Below are positions 47,292 to 57,199 of a stretch of 64,000 bases of DNA, in pieces. Location of the stretch: assembly GCA_963804995.1 (NCBI GenBank), contig CAWDSK010000003.1, positions 544,001 through 608,000 of the forward strand, given 5' to 3'. A program made the position numbers and the translations under genes. Each line of letters starts with the position of its first letter. The first letter of the stretch is position 1. Below the pieces are notes generated by a model. It searched no databases. It was given only the letters and a program-made list of their open reading frames with translations, and was not told where the DNA came from. This DNA comes from an uncultured Acidobacteriota bacterium (lineage in GTDB: Bacteria > Acidobacteriota > Terriglobia > UBA7540).

Positions 47292-49306
47292 TCATCGGAC
47301 CCGGCGGCGCGGAAGCGTACTACGAACCGCGTGCCGGGGTGCGCGGCGTTTGCCCCAACACTCTGCACGGGGCTTTCACATTCCACGGAGCCGCCAATCT
47401 CATCCAAGCGTCGTTTTACGATGGCGAGGCCCAACCCGGTTCCACCCGGGCGCGTGGTGAAAAACGGCTGGAAGACTCTATCCAACTTATCCGCCGGAAT
47501 GCCCTGCCCTTCGTCTTCTACAGACAGCTCGACGCGGCCCCGCTCATTTTGCGTGTGAACCAGGCGAATCCGAATTGTGCCACCCTCCCGGCTAGCTTCC
47601 AATGCGTTCACAAGCAGATTTGAAATGATGTCGCTCGCGGCCTCTTCGCCCCCTTCAATCGAGCACGGCTCCCCTGCCTCCACCTCCAGGGTTACCTTGA
47701 GTCTCTCCGCCTCCACCCGCAGAATCGCCGCGACTCTTGCCACCACCACTGCCAGGTCCGCGGGACGGTCGGTGTCACGCGCGGGCTTGGCGTAACGGAG
47801 AACCTGCGAGATGTTTCGATTCAAGCGGTCGATCTCTTCCACCAGCATGTGGCAGTCGCGCCGCGCCGGCTCCGGAAGAGTTTGATCCTCTTCCAGGAGC
47901 TGCACAATCGTTTTCATGGAGCTGAGGGGGTTCTTCACGTTATGCGCAATCCGCGCCGCCATCTCACCCAGGAAAGCCATCTTGGCTTTTTCCGCAAGCT
48001 GGCGTTCCAGGTTAACCTTGTCGGCGATGAGCCGGCAAAGCTCCAAGGCGCCCGCCAGACGGCTGGCAAAGATTTCAAGCGCCGCAAGCTGATCGCCGGA
48101 AACTTCGGCTGCGGCCGGAATGACTTCGAGGTAAGCGATGGTTTCTCCGCTGCGATGAACCGGCACCCAGCGCGGTTTCTTCCAAGTCGCCGTGCCCTGA
48201 GTCTCGGGGTGAGTAGAGCCCTGCCAGAGCTTGACGCGCTCCAGGCCGAGTTCCTTAGGTACACGCTCCTCCACAAAAGCCTGAAGAGAATCCACATCCC
48301 CCGTCTGCTTGGCATGCTCCTCAACTTCATCCGCGAGGTTTTGGACCTTTTCAAACTCTGATACGAATTGACTATGCAGGGCCTGATTGATCAGTCGCTT
48401 CATCGGTTCGAGCAGGACGACGAGGATAAAAATCATAATGCCTTCCGTGACGACGGCAGGCAAAACCTCCCGCGCCTCAAGCCAGGCGCTGATCCGGCGC
48501 ATGAAGTTCAGGTAAAGCAGAAACCCAAAGCCCGCGATTACCGCGTAGGCAACATTGCGCTGCACGCGGAGATCCAGAAAATTGTAGCGGAAGATGGAGT
48601 AACCCATGAGAGCACTGGGAATAATCGCGACCAGCATCAACGCTGTGGGGAAGTATCCTCCCAATCCCCCCAAGCGCGGCAGCGTATACGGAACGAAAAC
48701 CAAGGTGAGCCCAAGGAATCCCTGCAACCCTGCAAGATATCCATGAAATCTCGCCAGAGTTGGGTTGACTTCTCTCTGACGCTTGGCGAGGAACAGATTC
48801 ACCCCCGCCGCCAGGAACAAGGCGGCAACCGCCCAGACGACCAGCAGGCTTATGGGCCACCCCAGCGCCACCAGCGGCTCGATGCCCAGGTGGCCAAGCG
48901 TTCTTCCCACAACCCACGGACTCGCCAGAAGCGGCAGATAGAAGCAGGCCACGAGCAACTTTTGGTTGAAGCGAAGTGGCACAAACCCTCCCAGGTATTC
49001 CACCTGAACGTGAACCAGGAGGGGGACCGCCGTCAGGAAGCCGGCCAGCGCCAAGAAGGGGGCAAAGCCCGAAAGGAAGGGGGGACCGGCTCCATAGAAA
49101 AGGCCGATGTTCAGAGCCAGCAGGTTTCCCGCATACCACATGAACAGCGCCGCCATCAAGGCGAAGAGGAGCCATTCAAACCGCCGCAGGCGACGATTGC
49201 CCAAGATCAGAACCATCAAGAAGAGATGGACAAGCGTCCCCACGCTGTAGATGACCAGCTTGGTGGCCACTAGAAGAGTGAGTTCAGAAGCGACATCCAC
49301 GCGCAA
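47240..49306 (-). CDS. Multi-TM sensor histidine kinase
   Basis: About 8-9 TM helices; H-box AHNVKNPL, N-box NLLVNALEA, DEGQG and FFTT..GTGLGL. Confidence 0.93.
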   Translation of the reverse strand: MRVDVASELTLLVATKLVIYSVGTLVHLFLMVLILGNRRLRRFEWLLFALMAALFMWYAGNLLALNIGLFYGAGPPFLSGFAPFLALAGFLTAVPLLVHVQVEYLGGFVPLRFNQKLLVACFYLPLLASPWVVGRTLGHLGIEPLVALGWPISLLVVWAVAALFLAAGVNLFLAKRQREVNPTLARFHGYLAGLQGFLGLTLVFVPYTLPRLGGLGGYFPTALMLVAIIPSALMGYSIFRYNFLDLRVQRNVAYAVIAGFGFLLYLNFMRRISAWLEAREVLPAVVTEGIMIFILVVLLEPMKRLINQALHSQFVSEFEKVQNLADEVEEHAKQTGDVDSLQAFVEERVPKELGLERVKLWQGSTHPETQGTATWKKPRWVPVHRSGETIAYLEVIPAAAEVSGDQLAALEIFASRLAGALELCRLIADKVNLERQLAEKAKMAFLGEMAARIAHNVKNPLSSMKTIVQLLEEDQTLPEPARRDCHMLVEEIDRLNRNISQVLRYAKPARDTDRPADLAVVVARVAAILRVEAERLKVTLEVEAGEPCSIEGGEEAASDIISNLLVNALEASREGGTIRIRLVHTQNERGRVELSVEDEGQGIPADKLDRVFQPFFTTRPGGTGLGLAIVKRRLDEIGGSVECESPVQSVGANAAHPGTRFVVRFRAAGSDEPRAACPDVSGSEAVKK

Positions 49307-49397
49307 CCCTCAGACCGGAGACAGGCGGTTCAAACCTTCACTGCTGAGCTTAGCGCAGCTAGTGCGGTGTCCCGGTTAATATCTGACAAGGCTTCCG

Positions 49398-49683
49398 ACC
49401 CCCTCACCCCCCAGCCCCTCTCCCCCAAAGGGGCGAGGGGAGAGTTAATTCTCTTGCCCTCGCCCCTTTGGGGGAGAGGGTGGCTGGCCGAGGCGTTCTC
49501 ATCAGCCGAGGCCAGACGGGTGAGGGGGTTCTACCCCTTGTCAACTCTAACTCGGGACACCACACTAGGTGACATGCCCCCCCCGGCCCCTCTCCCCCAA
49601 AGGGGCGAGGGGAGAAGAAAGTTGAATTCCTGCCCTCGCCCCTTTGGGGGAGAGGGTGGCGCGCAGCGCCGGGTGAGGGGGTC
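49398..49683. repeat. Two doublets of palindromic repeat family A
   Basis: CCCCTCTCCCCCAAAGGGGCGAGGG / CCCTCGCCCCTTTGGGGGAGAGGG pairs ending GGGTGAGGGG. Confidence 0.85.
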
Positions 49684-49865
49684 CATGCGTCACGCTCTTG
49701 TGCAAAGCTCAGTAGTCACGCGCCGCTTACGCTGGCACCATTGTACGGCTGCCAGGAAGGGGGCTCAAGTAATAGGTCCGTTCGCAATCTCATTTGCACA
49801 CTTGCGACTCTTATGCGAGGATGGTGCGGCCCTTTTGAAGTAGGCAAGGGTCCTGATTACCCAAG

Positions 49866-52128
49866 ATGGAGAGTAATTCCACCCCACAAGCCCCCCCCCG
49901 CGCCACTACACCTGCACTACCCCGGGTCATGGTGGCGACGACCGCCATGCTCACCTTTATCACCTTTTGGCGAGCCGCGGCGATCGTCCTGAATGACCTT
50001 GCTTCCTCCGCCTACTACGCGGGCGGCATCGCCGAGCAGGCAGTGGGCAAATCAGCCCCCTGGTTCATCCTCGCCATCATGCTGTTTTCCTACCTGGTGC
50101 GAGCGATTTACGTCGAAAGCTGCAGCATGTTCGTGCGCGGTGGAGTCTACCGCGTGGTCAAAGAGGCGATGGGTGGGACTCTTGCCAAATTCTCAGTTTC
50201 CGCCCTGATGTTCGATTACATCCTGACGGGCCCCATCAGCGGCGTTTCCGCCGGCCAGTACCTTGTGGGGTTTCTGAACGAGATCCTCCAGTATTTCCAC
50301 CTTGCGATCGTCTTGCCCGTAAACCATACGGCTGCCTTCTTCGCTGCCCTGGTCACAATTTATTTCTGGTGGGAGAACGTCAAAGGAATCCCGGAATCGA
50401 GTGAGAAGGCTCTGCGCATCATGCAACTCACCACCGTGATGGTGGTGCTCCTGATTGGCTGGTGCGGTTACACGCTTTGGGTACGAGGCGGCCACCTGCC
50501 TCCGCCGCCCACGCTCGGACACCTTAATTTCGCCCCCGATGCCTTGGGATGGCTGAGAGGAAGCCGGCTGCCCCAGACGATCGGCATAGTGGGAATCTTC
50601 ATTGGTCTCGGCCACTCCGTGTTGGCCATGAGCGGCGAAGAGTCTCTGGCGCAGGTGTATCGTGAAATCCAGCATCCCAAACTGCCGAACTTGAAAAAGG
50701 CGGGCTTGGTTATTTTCATTTACAGCATGGTCTTCACCTCGCTGGTGTCGTTCTTTGCGGTGATGATCATCCCGGATGCAGTGCGGAAAAACTTCTTTGA
50801 CAATCTGATCGGCGGTCTGGCCATGAACATGGCAGGCCCGCTGATGCTCCGCCTGGTGTTCCATGCTTTCGTGGTTTTGGTGGGCACCATGATTCTGGCC
50901 GGCGCGGTCAATACCGCCATTGTGGGTTCCAATGGAGTTCTCAACCGCGTTTCGGAAGATGGAGTGCTGTCCGACTGGTTCCGGCGCCCGCACCCGCGCT
51001 TTGGCACCTCCTATCGCATTATCGACATGGTGGTTGGCCTGCAGCTTTTGACGATCCTCCTGAGCCGAGGCAACATAATGATCCTGGGCGAGGCCTATGC
51101 CTTTGGCGTGGTGTGGAGCTTCGTCATGAAGGGTCTGGCGGTGCTGGTGCTGCGTTACAAAAATGCCGGGCCCCGTGAGTACCGGGTTCCGTTAAACATC
51201 CATATTGCCGGACGCGAAATTCCCATCGGGCTCGGCGTCATCACCCTGGTGCTTCTGGGTATCGCGCTTATCAATCTGCTTACCAAACAGGTTGCGACGA
51301 TTTCCGGAGTCTCGTTTACCATAATTCTCTTCCTCGTCTTCACGATCTCGGAGAAAATAACTCATTCTCGCCAGGGCATTCACGAGGAATTGGATCAATT
51401 TCACCTGGTCCCGGGCGAGGAACTCACCCCCAAGGCGGTCGGAGTTCGTCCCGGCAACGTTTTGGTTTTAGCTCGCGACTACCACACCCTTTACCATCTG
51501 GCGGCCGTCCTGCGTCGCGTCAACACCACCCGCCAGGACGTCGTGGTCCTGAATATTCGAATCTTGCTACGCGCCGCTTCCGGTGAGAGCAGCCTTGAGC
51601 CGGAACAGCTCTTCAGCGTCACGGAGCAATACCTCTTCACTCGCGCCCTTTCCCTCGCCGAACACGAAGGTAAAAGCATTCATCTTTCGGTCGCTGCTGC
51701 CAGTGACATTTGGGATGGCATTCTGCGCTCCGCGCACTCGCTCCAATCCTCGACCATCGTCCTCGCACTCTCCGCGAAGATGACGGAGACGGAGGAAGCA
51801 CGGCGTGCCGGCTTCGCCTGGGAACGGCTCCCCGATCCTAAACCGCGGTTGACCGTAGAGATCTTCACTCCCGACGGCAGGGAAGAGATCTTCTATCTAG
51901 GGCCGCATGCACCCCACCTTACCCCCAAGGAAATCGATCTGCTCCACAAGCTCTGGTTAAAATACAGTACCGAGCTTGCTCCGGAAGAGGTCCACCACCA
52001 CGACATCGTACACTTCGCGCTGAACGAGTTGCAGGATGAGCTGGCTCAAGGGTAAGGAAAAGGAAGTTCGCCTGAGATTGAAAGAGCACCTTGAGCAGAT
52101 CAAGTCCCGCCGCGTTCCCCACCTTTGA
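49866..52128 (+). CDS. APC-family (amino acid/K+, KimA-like) permease; apparent +1 frameshift at 52050-52052 clips the last ~25 aa
   Basis: DLASSAYY, GGVYRVVKE, DYILT and SGEESLAQ; about 12 TM plus a USP-like tail. CAA GGG TAA versus CAA GGT AAG GAA... reading QGKEKEVRLRLKEHLEQIKSRRVPHL*. Confidence 0.85.
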
Positions 52129-52171
52129 GTGATTGTAGAATTTTGAATTGCTTCTATCGGCCATCGACTAT

Positions 52172-53203
52172 TCAATCGGCCTGGCGCTCGTCCTTGGGGC
52201 GGAAGATCTGCGTCAGGATGACCCCGATCGAAACCAGGGCAATGCTGAGCAGCATAAGCAGATTCAGGAATTCGTGCAGGAAAAAGTGGGCGAATAAAGT
52301 GGCAACCAGAGGCGTGAGGGAAGAAAAAGCATAAACGCGCGCCACGGCCATGAGGCGCAGGGCCGTAAACATACAGTAGATCGCGAAGACACCGGAAAGG
52401 ACACCGCTGGTCAGCAGGGCAGCCAGGGTGCGCCAGGTTGTGGATTGCAGCGATGCGCCGTGCCCTGAAATCAGCAAGCCGGCGATACCCACCGCTACGC
52501 TCGTGACAAATTGCAGGAAGATCGCCACTGATTGGTGCGCGCCGCGAAGCTGCCCGTCACGCCACAGGACCCCGGAAATCCCGTAGGTCAACGCCGTGCT
52601 AAGAGCCAGCGGGATGGCCCAATACCACAGCGGGGAAATCGGCTGGCCCCGAACCTGTCCGAGCGCTAGCCCAACCAATCCCAGAAAAATCAAGCCCACA
52701 CCCACAAGAGCATAGCGATGAATCCGTTCATGCAGAAACACCCACGCGATCAAGGTTCCCCAGATGACGTAGGTCTCCTGAACCGGTATGGTGATGGTCA
52801 CTCCGCCGATCTGAATTGCAAAGTAGTAAAGGAAGAGTCCCAAAGTGGAGATGACGCCCGCGGCGACAAAAGCCAGGATGGCCCGCGGCCCAATGTACTG
52901 CGGCGAACTCGGTCGCAATTGATCGAGCGTGCGGTGCTTCCACACCAGGATACAACCCAGCAGCAAGCTGGGCAGTCCGCGCAGCACCGGACCAATGACC
53001 GGGTCGGCATGGACCACGGCGAGACGGTCGAAAATGTTAGCTGAGGCGTAACCCGTTACCGTCCCCAGCGCCCAGGGCTCACCGCGACGGCGTGGATTGG
53101 GGTTGGATGGGGTTTCCATATCGGTCGGGATCGTGGTCTCCGCACTGTTATCACAGGCCTCAGCGATTATATCGGGTTGAAGGGTTTGGGCAAGCTGATT
53201 CAC
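52172..53203 (-). CDS. DMT/EamA-family transporter; start uncertain
   Basis: About 10 TM in two repeats; AWVFLHERI and AHFFLHE motifs. Confidence 0.85.
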   Translation of the reverse strand: MNQLAQTLQPDIIAEACDNSAETTIPTDMETPSNPNPRRRGEPWALGTVTGYASANIFDRLAVVHADPVIGPVLRGLPSLLLGCILVWKHRTLDQLRPSSPQYIGPRAILAFVAAGVISTLGLFLYYFAIQIGGVTITIPVQETYVIWGTLIAWVFLHERIHRYALVGVGLIFLGLVGLALGQVRGQPISPLWYWAIPLALSTALTYGISGVLWRDGQLRGAHQSVAIFLQFVTSVAVGIAGLLISGHGASLQSTTWRTLAALLTSGVLSGVFAIYCMFTALRLMAVARVYAFSSLTPLVATLFAHFFLHEFLNLLMLLSIALVSIGVILTQIFRPKDERQAD

Positions 53204-53306
53204 AAGCCTTTTACAATTTCATGACGTATTCTCGCCACCCTCGTTGGATACTACTTCCGGTTGGATTTGAATAGGCGGCGCCCGGAGAGCAATTGCCGGT
53301 ACTGGT

Positions 53307-53399
53307 GCAGTTTGACGTAGCGGCGGGTTTACCCCGCCATCGTACGTCGAGATAACTCGATCGATGGCGGGGTAAACCCGCCGCTACGTCAGCAAACTG
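53307..53399. repeat. GTAG-type REP doublet
   Basis: CAGTTTGACGTAGCGGCGGGTTTACCCCGCCATCG ... CGATGGCGGGGTAAACCCGCCGCTACGTCAGCAAACTG. Confidence 0.85.
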
Positions 53400-53424
53400 A
53401 ACCAATACCCAATTGCTTTGCTTC

Positions 53425-53454
53425 TTGAGGGGGCCACCTAAGAAGTGATACATT
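53425..53454 (+). promoter_or_regulatory. Possible extended -10 promoter for the riboswitch-TBDT transcript
   Basis: TTGAGG ... TGaTACATT about 15 nt before P1. Confidence 0.45.
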
Positions 53455-53469
53455 AGATACGGAATTTAG

Positions 53470-53669
53470 TGACCTTCGGGGCAGGGTGAGGACTCGCAGC
53501 ATTTTGATTCGGCTGCAACTCCAATTCCCGATCGGCGGTATAGCCCGCGAGGGGAGATCCGAATCGCCAGCGTGCACTAAGCTGTGTTACGAGGGCGAAA
53601 CGAATCTGCAATCCCCAGGATCCGGTGAAACTCCGGGGCCGACGGTACAGTCCGGATGGAAGAAGGTCA
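53470..53669 (+). ncRNA. FMN riboswitch (RFN element) with an L2 insertion and an extended P4
   Basis: P1 TGACCTTC/GAAGGTCA; GGGGCAGGGTGA..AATTCCCGATCGGCGGTATAGCCCGCGA; GATCCGGTGAAACTCCGGGGCCGACGGTACAGTCCGGATGGAAGAAG. Confidence 0.93.
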
Positions 53670-53788
53670 GGGCCGGTCCTTGTTTGGTGGACAATACTGC
53701 CTTCGCAGGTAGCGGAGGTGGCCGTCCATCTGTGTACCCTACCGCTCTGATCCCCTCCTCGCTCGTGCCCCGCCGTGAGGAAATTCCC

Positions 53789-56700
53789 TTGGGAAAGAAC
53801 CGGGAAAGAATTCTTTCACCGCTAATCATTCTCGTCTTCGAAGTTCTCTTTGCCTTGTGCGGTCTGACCCTGGCACCGTGGGCGGGCCGCGCGCAAAACT
53901 GGAACAGCCAACTGGAAGGGCTCATTACCGATCCCAGTGGCGCGGTCATTCCCGGAACCCAGGTTGAGTTGAAGAACTCTGCCACAGGGCAAATCCGCAA
54001 AACCAAAACCGATCAGCAAGGGTTCTATACTTTTCCTCTCGTACCGGTAGGGACCTACGACCTGCAAGTGGTGGCCCCCGGCTTTGCCACGCGCCTCCTG
54101 CATGGCTTGGTTCTGCAAGTCGGGCAGACGCCTCGCGTCGATTTGACACTGCAACTCGCGCGCGGTCAGGAGGTGTTGCAGGTCCAAGCCAGGACCCCGC
54201 TGGTCGAGACGGCTTCCCCTGCCATCGGCGACGAGCTCTCGAACCAACGCGTTACTTCCCTTCCCTTGAACGGGCGGCAATTCTCGCAGCTTGCGCTGCT
54301 CGCCGCCGGCGCCGTCCCACCCTATGCGAATGGCGCCACGCAGCAGTTCAATACGCCCGCCCAAGGTCTGGGATTTTCCGTTAATGGCCAGCGCTCCGAA
54401 CGCAACAACTTCTCTCTGGACGGCATCACGCTGATTGAACCTTTCGCCTTCAGCCTGACTGCGAATCCCTCAACGGATGCCATCCGGGAGTTCCGCGTGG
54501 TTGAGAATTCCTATTCCGCGGAACAGGGGATGCTTTCCGGCGCGCAAGTCGATATCGTGTCACGATCAGGTTCGAACCGGCTTCAGGGCACCGTCTACGA
54601 GTACTTGCGCAACAGCGCGTTCGACGCCAAGAACTTCTTTGATGACCCCACCCGTCCTATCCCACCCTATCGGCAAAACCAGTTCGGGGGAAGCTTGGGT
54701 GGACCCGCGCGCCGCGACCGGACATTCTTCTTCACCAATTACGAGGGATTTCGCATTCGCCAGAGCATCACGAACACCACCCTGCTCCCGACTGCAGCGG
54801 AGCGCCAAGGTGATTTCAGTGGGATCAATCCTGCCACCAGCCAGCCTTTTCCCGCGATCATTAATCCCGCGACCGGTGCGCCCTTCTCCGGAAATCATGT
54901 TCCTATCGCGGACATGAGTTCTGTGTCGCGGGCGCTGCTTGCCCTCGTGCCGCTGCCGAACCAATCCACTGGGGCGCTGGGTACGAATAACAGCATCGAT
55001 ACGGGGCTCCATGATCTGACCTCTGACCAGTTCACGGTGCGGGTCGATCACCAACTCAATTCCCGGCAGCAACTCTTCGGGCGCTTTCTGTTTTTTCAAG
55101 ACACTCAACTCTTTCCTTTCGTGCCAGACAGCTTTGCCAATAATCCGCCTGCCCCGCCCGGCTTTGGAGACAACGTCCACGACTCCGGCCGCAATCTGGC
55201 TCTGGGCCTCACCTCCGCCTTCCGGCCCACCATGATCAACGATTTTCGCTTCGGTTACTCTTACTACCACGGCGCCAAAGCAGGCCAGAACATCCGCAGC
55301 GGATTTCTTCAGTCACAGGGTTTGTCGCGCGCACCCGGCGCAACCAACGACGGCATTCCTGCCCTGGCCATTCCAGGTTACGCCGACCTGGGAGACAGCG
55401 ACATCTTCCAGCCGCAGTATCGCAAGAATCACACTTTTCAAGTGACTGACAGCCTGGTGTGGGTAAAAGGGCGGCACACTTTTCAGGTCGGAGGCGACTT
55501 CCGGCGGCTGCGGCTCTTCTACTTGGTCGAGGACTTCGGCCAAGGTGTGTTCCAATTCAGTGACGGGGCCAGTTCAGTTTCCGGCACGGCCTTCTCTGAC
55601 TTTCTGCTTGGCAGGCCGTTCCTTTCCTATGCCCAGGCTGGCAATTCCGGCGGCAACGACCGCCTCGACTATGTGGGAGCGTACTTCTCGGATGAATTTC
55701 ACGCTACCCCGCGCCTGAGCCTCACCTACGGCCTGCGCGAGGAATTCCACACGCCCCCGGTGAACATCGAGGGCCGGGCGTCGATCCTCGATCCCTCTAA
55801 TGCCCTGCGGTTCATCGTGCTCAATAACCGTGGCCAGGCTGACTCCCTGATTGCGAATCCGCTGGTCCAACAACTCAGTTCGCTTTACGGATTGCAATTC
55901 GAAACCTCGCAGCAGGCAGGATTACCAGATTCACTCATCAAGCCGGACTGGGCCAACTGGGCGCCCCGCTTCGGCTTCGCTTACGACCTGAATGGCAACA
56001 GCAAATCCTCGCTGCGCGGGGGCCTCGGTGTATTCAATTCCCTGATGGAACTTGATTACACTTCGGAGACGCGCCTGAGTGCGCCCATTACCGACTTCCT
56101 CTTCGGGCTCGACTTGTGCCGCTTCTACGGCCCCGGCGCGTGCGGTCAGTCTTTTGCTCCACCCGTGCTCACCTATCAACTCGGTTACACGCTCGGCAAT
56201 CAGGAGCCCACCGCTATTTCGTCTCCGCCCAACATCCGCAACGGTTATGTTTATGAGTGGAGCCTTTCCTATGAGCGTGAGCTCGCGCCCAACACCATCG
56301 TCTCGGTAAGTTACACGGGATCCGACGGCCACAAGTTGCCGCGGCGGGCTCTGCAAAATCAAGGCGTGCCCAATCTGCCGGGAGAGCGGCGTGGCTATCA
56401 TCCGCAACCTGGCTCCAACCAATTCATCCGCGCCACTGACGTAGACTCGAATTACAATGCGCTCGTGGCCCGCCTGGAGCGCCGCCTTTCCGGCGGACTC
56501 TCCTTCGCAGGCGGCTACACTTACGGCAAATCCCTTGACACCACCTCGGGGCTCGATGGCACCAATCAGCCGCAGGACAATTACAATATGCGCGCAGAAT
56601 ATGGCCCCTCCGATTTCGACATGCGCCAGCGCTTCACATTGTCGGGAATCTGGCAGTTGCCGTTCGGAACGAATGGGCGTTGGGCGAAGCAAGGAGCGGC

Positions 56701-57181
56701 CCGGAGCATCGCCGGCGATTGGCAACTCGCGAGCATCGTCACACTTCAAACCGGCCAGCCCGTCACCGCCATCCTCGCCACGGCGCTCAGCGGCACACAG
56801 TCGAACGGCACCGATCGCCCCAACTTGATTGCTGACCCCAATCTTCCCGGCAGCCAGCGCCGCCCGACCCGTTGGTTCAATACCAATGCCTTCGCCACCC
56901 CGCCAATCTTTAACGATGCGCTGGGCGCCTACAGCATTCCCGGGAATGAGGCGCGAAATGTGATTACCGGCCCGGATCTGAAAAGTTGGGACGCCAGCCT
57001 GGAACGTAACTTCCGCCTGACCGAGCGCTCAAAGATAATCTTCCGCACGGATTGCTTCAACCTCACCAACCATCCCAATTTCAATCGCCCCGGGTTGATC
57101 TTTGGTACGTCGAATTTTGGAAAGATTACGTCTGCACAAAACTCCCGGCAGATTCAGCTTTCCCTGCGCTTGAATTGGTAA
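53789..57181 (+). CDS. Oar-type TonB-dependent receptor under FMN riboswitch control
   Basis: GAGGA RBS plus TTG 53789; signal peptide; EGLITDPSGAVIPG, SLPLNGRQF, SRSGSNRLQG..YEYLRN, NWAPRFGFAY and terminal RQIQLSLRLNW. Confidence 0.92.
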   Translation: MGKNRERILSPLIILVFEVLFALCGLTLAPWAGRAQNWNSQLEGLITDPSGAVIPGTQVELKNSATGQIRKTKTDQQGFYTFPLVPVGTYDLQVVAPGFATRLLHGLVLQVGQTPRVDLTLQLARGQEVLQVQARTPLVETASPAIGDELSNQRVTSLPLNGRQFSQLALLAAGAVPPYANGATQQFNTPAQGLGFSVNGQRSERNNFSLDGITLIEPFAFSLTANPSTDAIREFRVVENSYSAEQGMLSGAQVDIVSRSGSNRLQGTVYEYLRNSAFDAKNFFDDPTRPIPPYRQNQFGGSLGGPARRDRTFFFTNYEGFRIRQSITNTTLLPTAAERQGDFSGINPATSQPFPAIINPATGAPFSGNHVPIADMSSVSRALLALVPLPNQSTGALGTNNSIDTGLHDLTSDQFTVRVDHQLNSRQQLFGRFLFFQDTQLFPFVPDSFANNPPAPPGFGDNVHDSGRNLALGLTSAFRPTMINDFRFGYSYYHGAKAGQNIRSGFLQSQGLSRAPGATNDGIPALAIPGYADLGDSDIFQPQYRKNHTFQVTDSLVWVKGRHTFQVGGDFRRLRLFYLVEDFGQGVFQFSDGASSVSGTAFSDFLLGRPFLSYAQAGNSGGNDRLDYVGAYFSDEFHATPRLSLTYGLREEFHTPPVNIEGRASILDPSNALRFIVLNNRGQADSLIANPLVQQLSSLYGLQFETSQQAGLPDSLIKPDWANWAPRFGFAYDLNGNSKSSLRGGLGVFNSLMELDYTSETRLSAPITDFLFGLDLCRFYGPGACGQSFAPPVLTYQLGYTLGNQEPTAISSPPNIRNGYVYEWSLSYERELAPNTIVSVSYTGSDGHKLPRRALQNQGVPNLPGERRGYHPQPGSNQFIRATDVDSNYNALVARLERRLSGGLSFAGGYTYGKSLDTTSGLDGTNQPQDNYNMRAEYGPSDFDMRQRFTLSGIWQLPFGTNGRWAKQGAARSIAGDWQLASIVTLQTGQPVTAILATALSGTQSNGTDRPNLIADPNLPGSQRRPTRWFNTNAFATPPIFNDALGAYSIPGNEARNVITGPDLKSWDASLERNFRLTERSKIIFRTDCFNLTNHPNFNRPGLIFGTSNFGKITSAQNSRQIQLSLRLNW

Positions 57182-57199
57182 GCTACTCGCATTGCGAAC

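Noticed and set aside
53486..53788. 100-aa N-terminal extension of the TBDT
   Set aside because: It overlaps the FMN riboswitch; the RBS and signal peptide point to TTG 53789.
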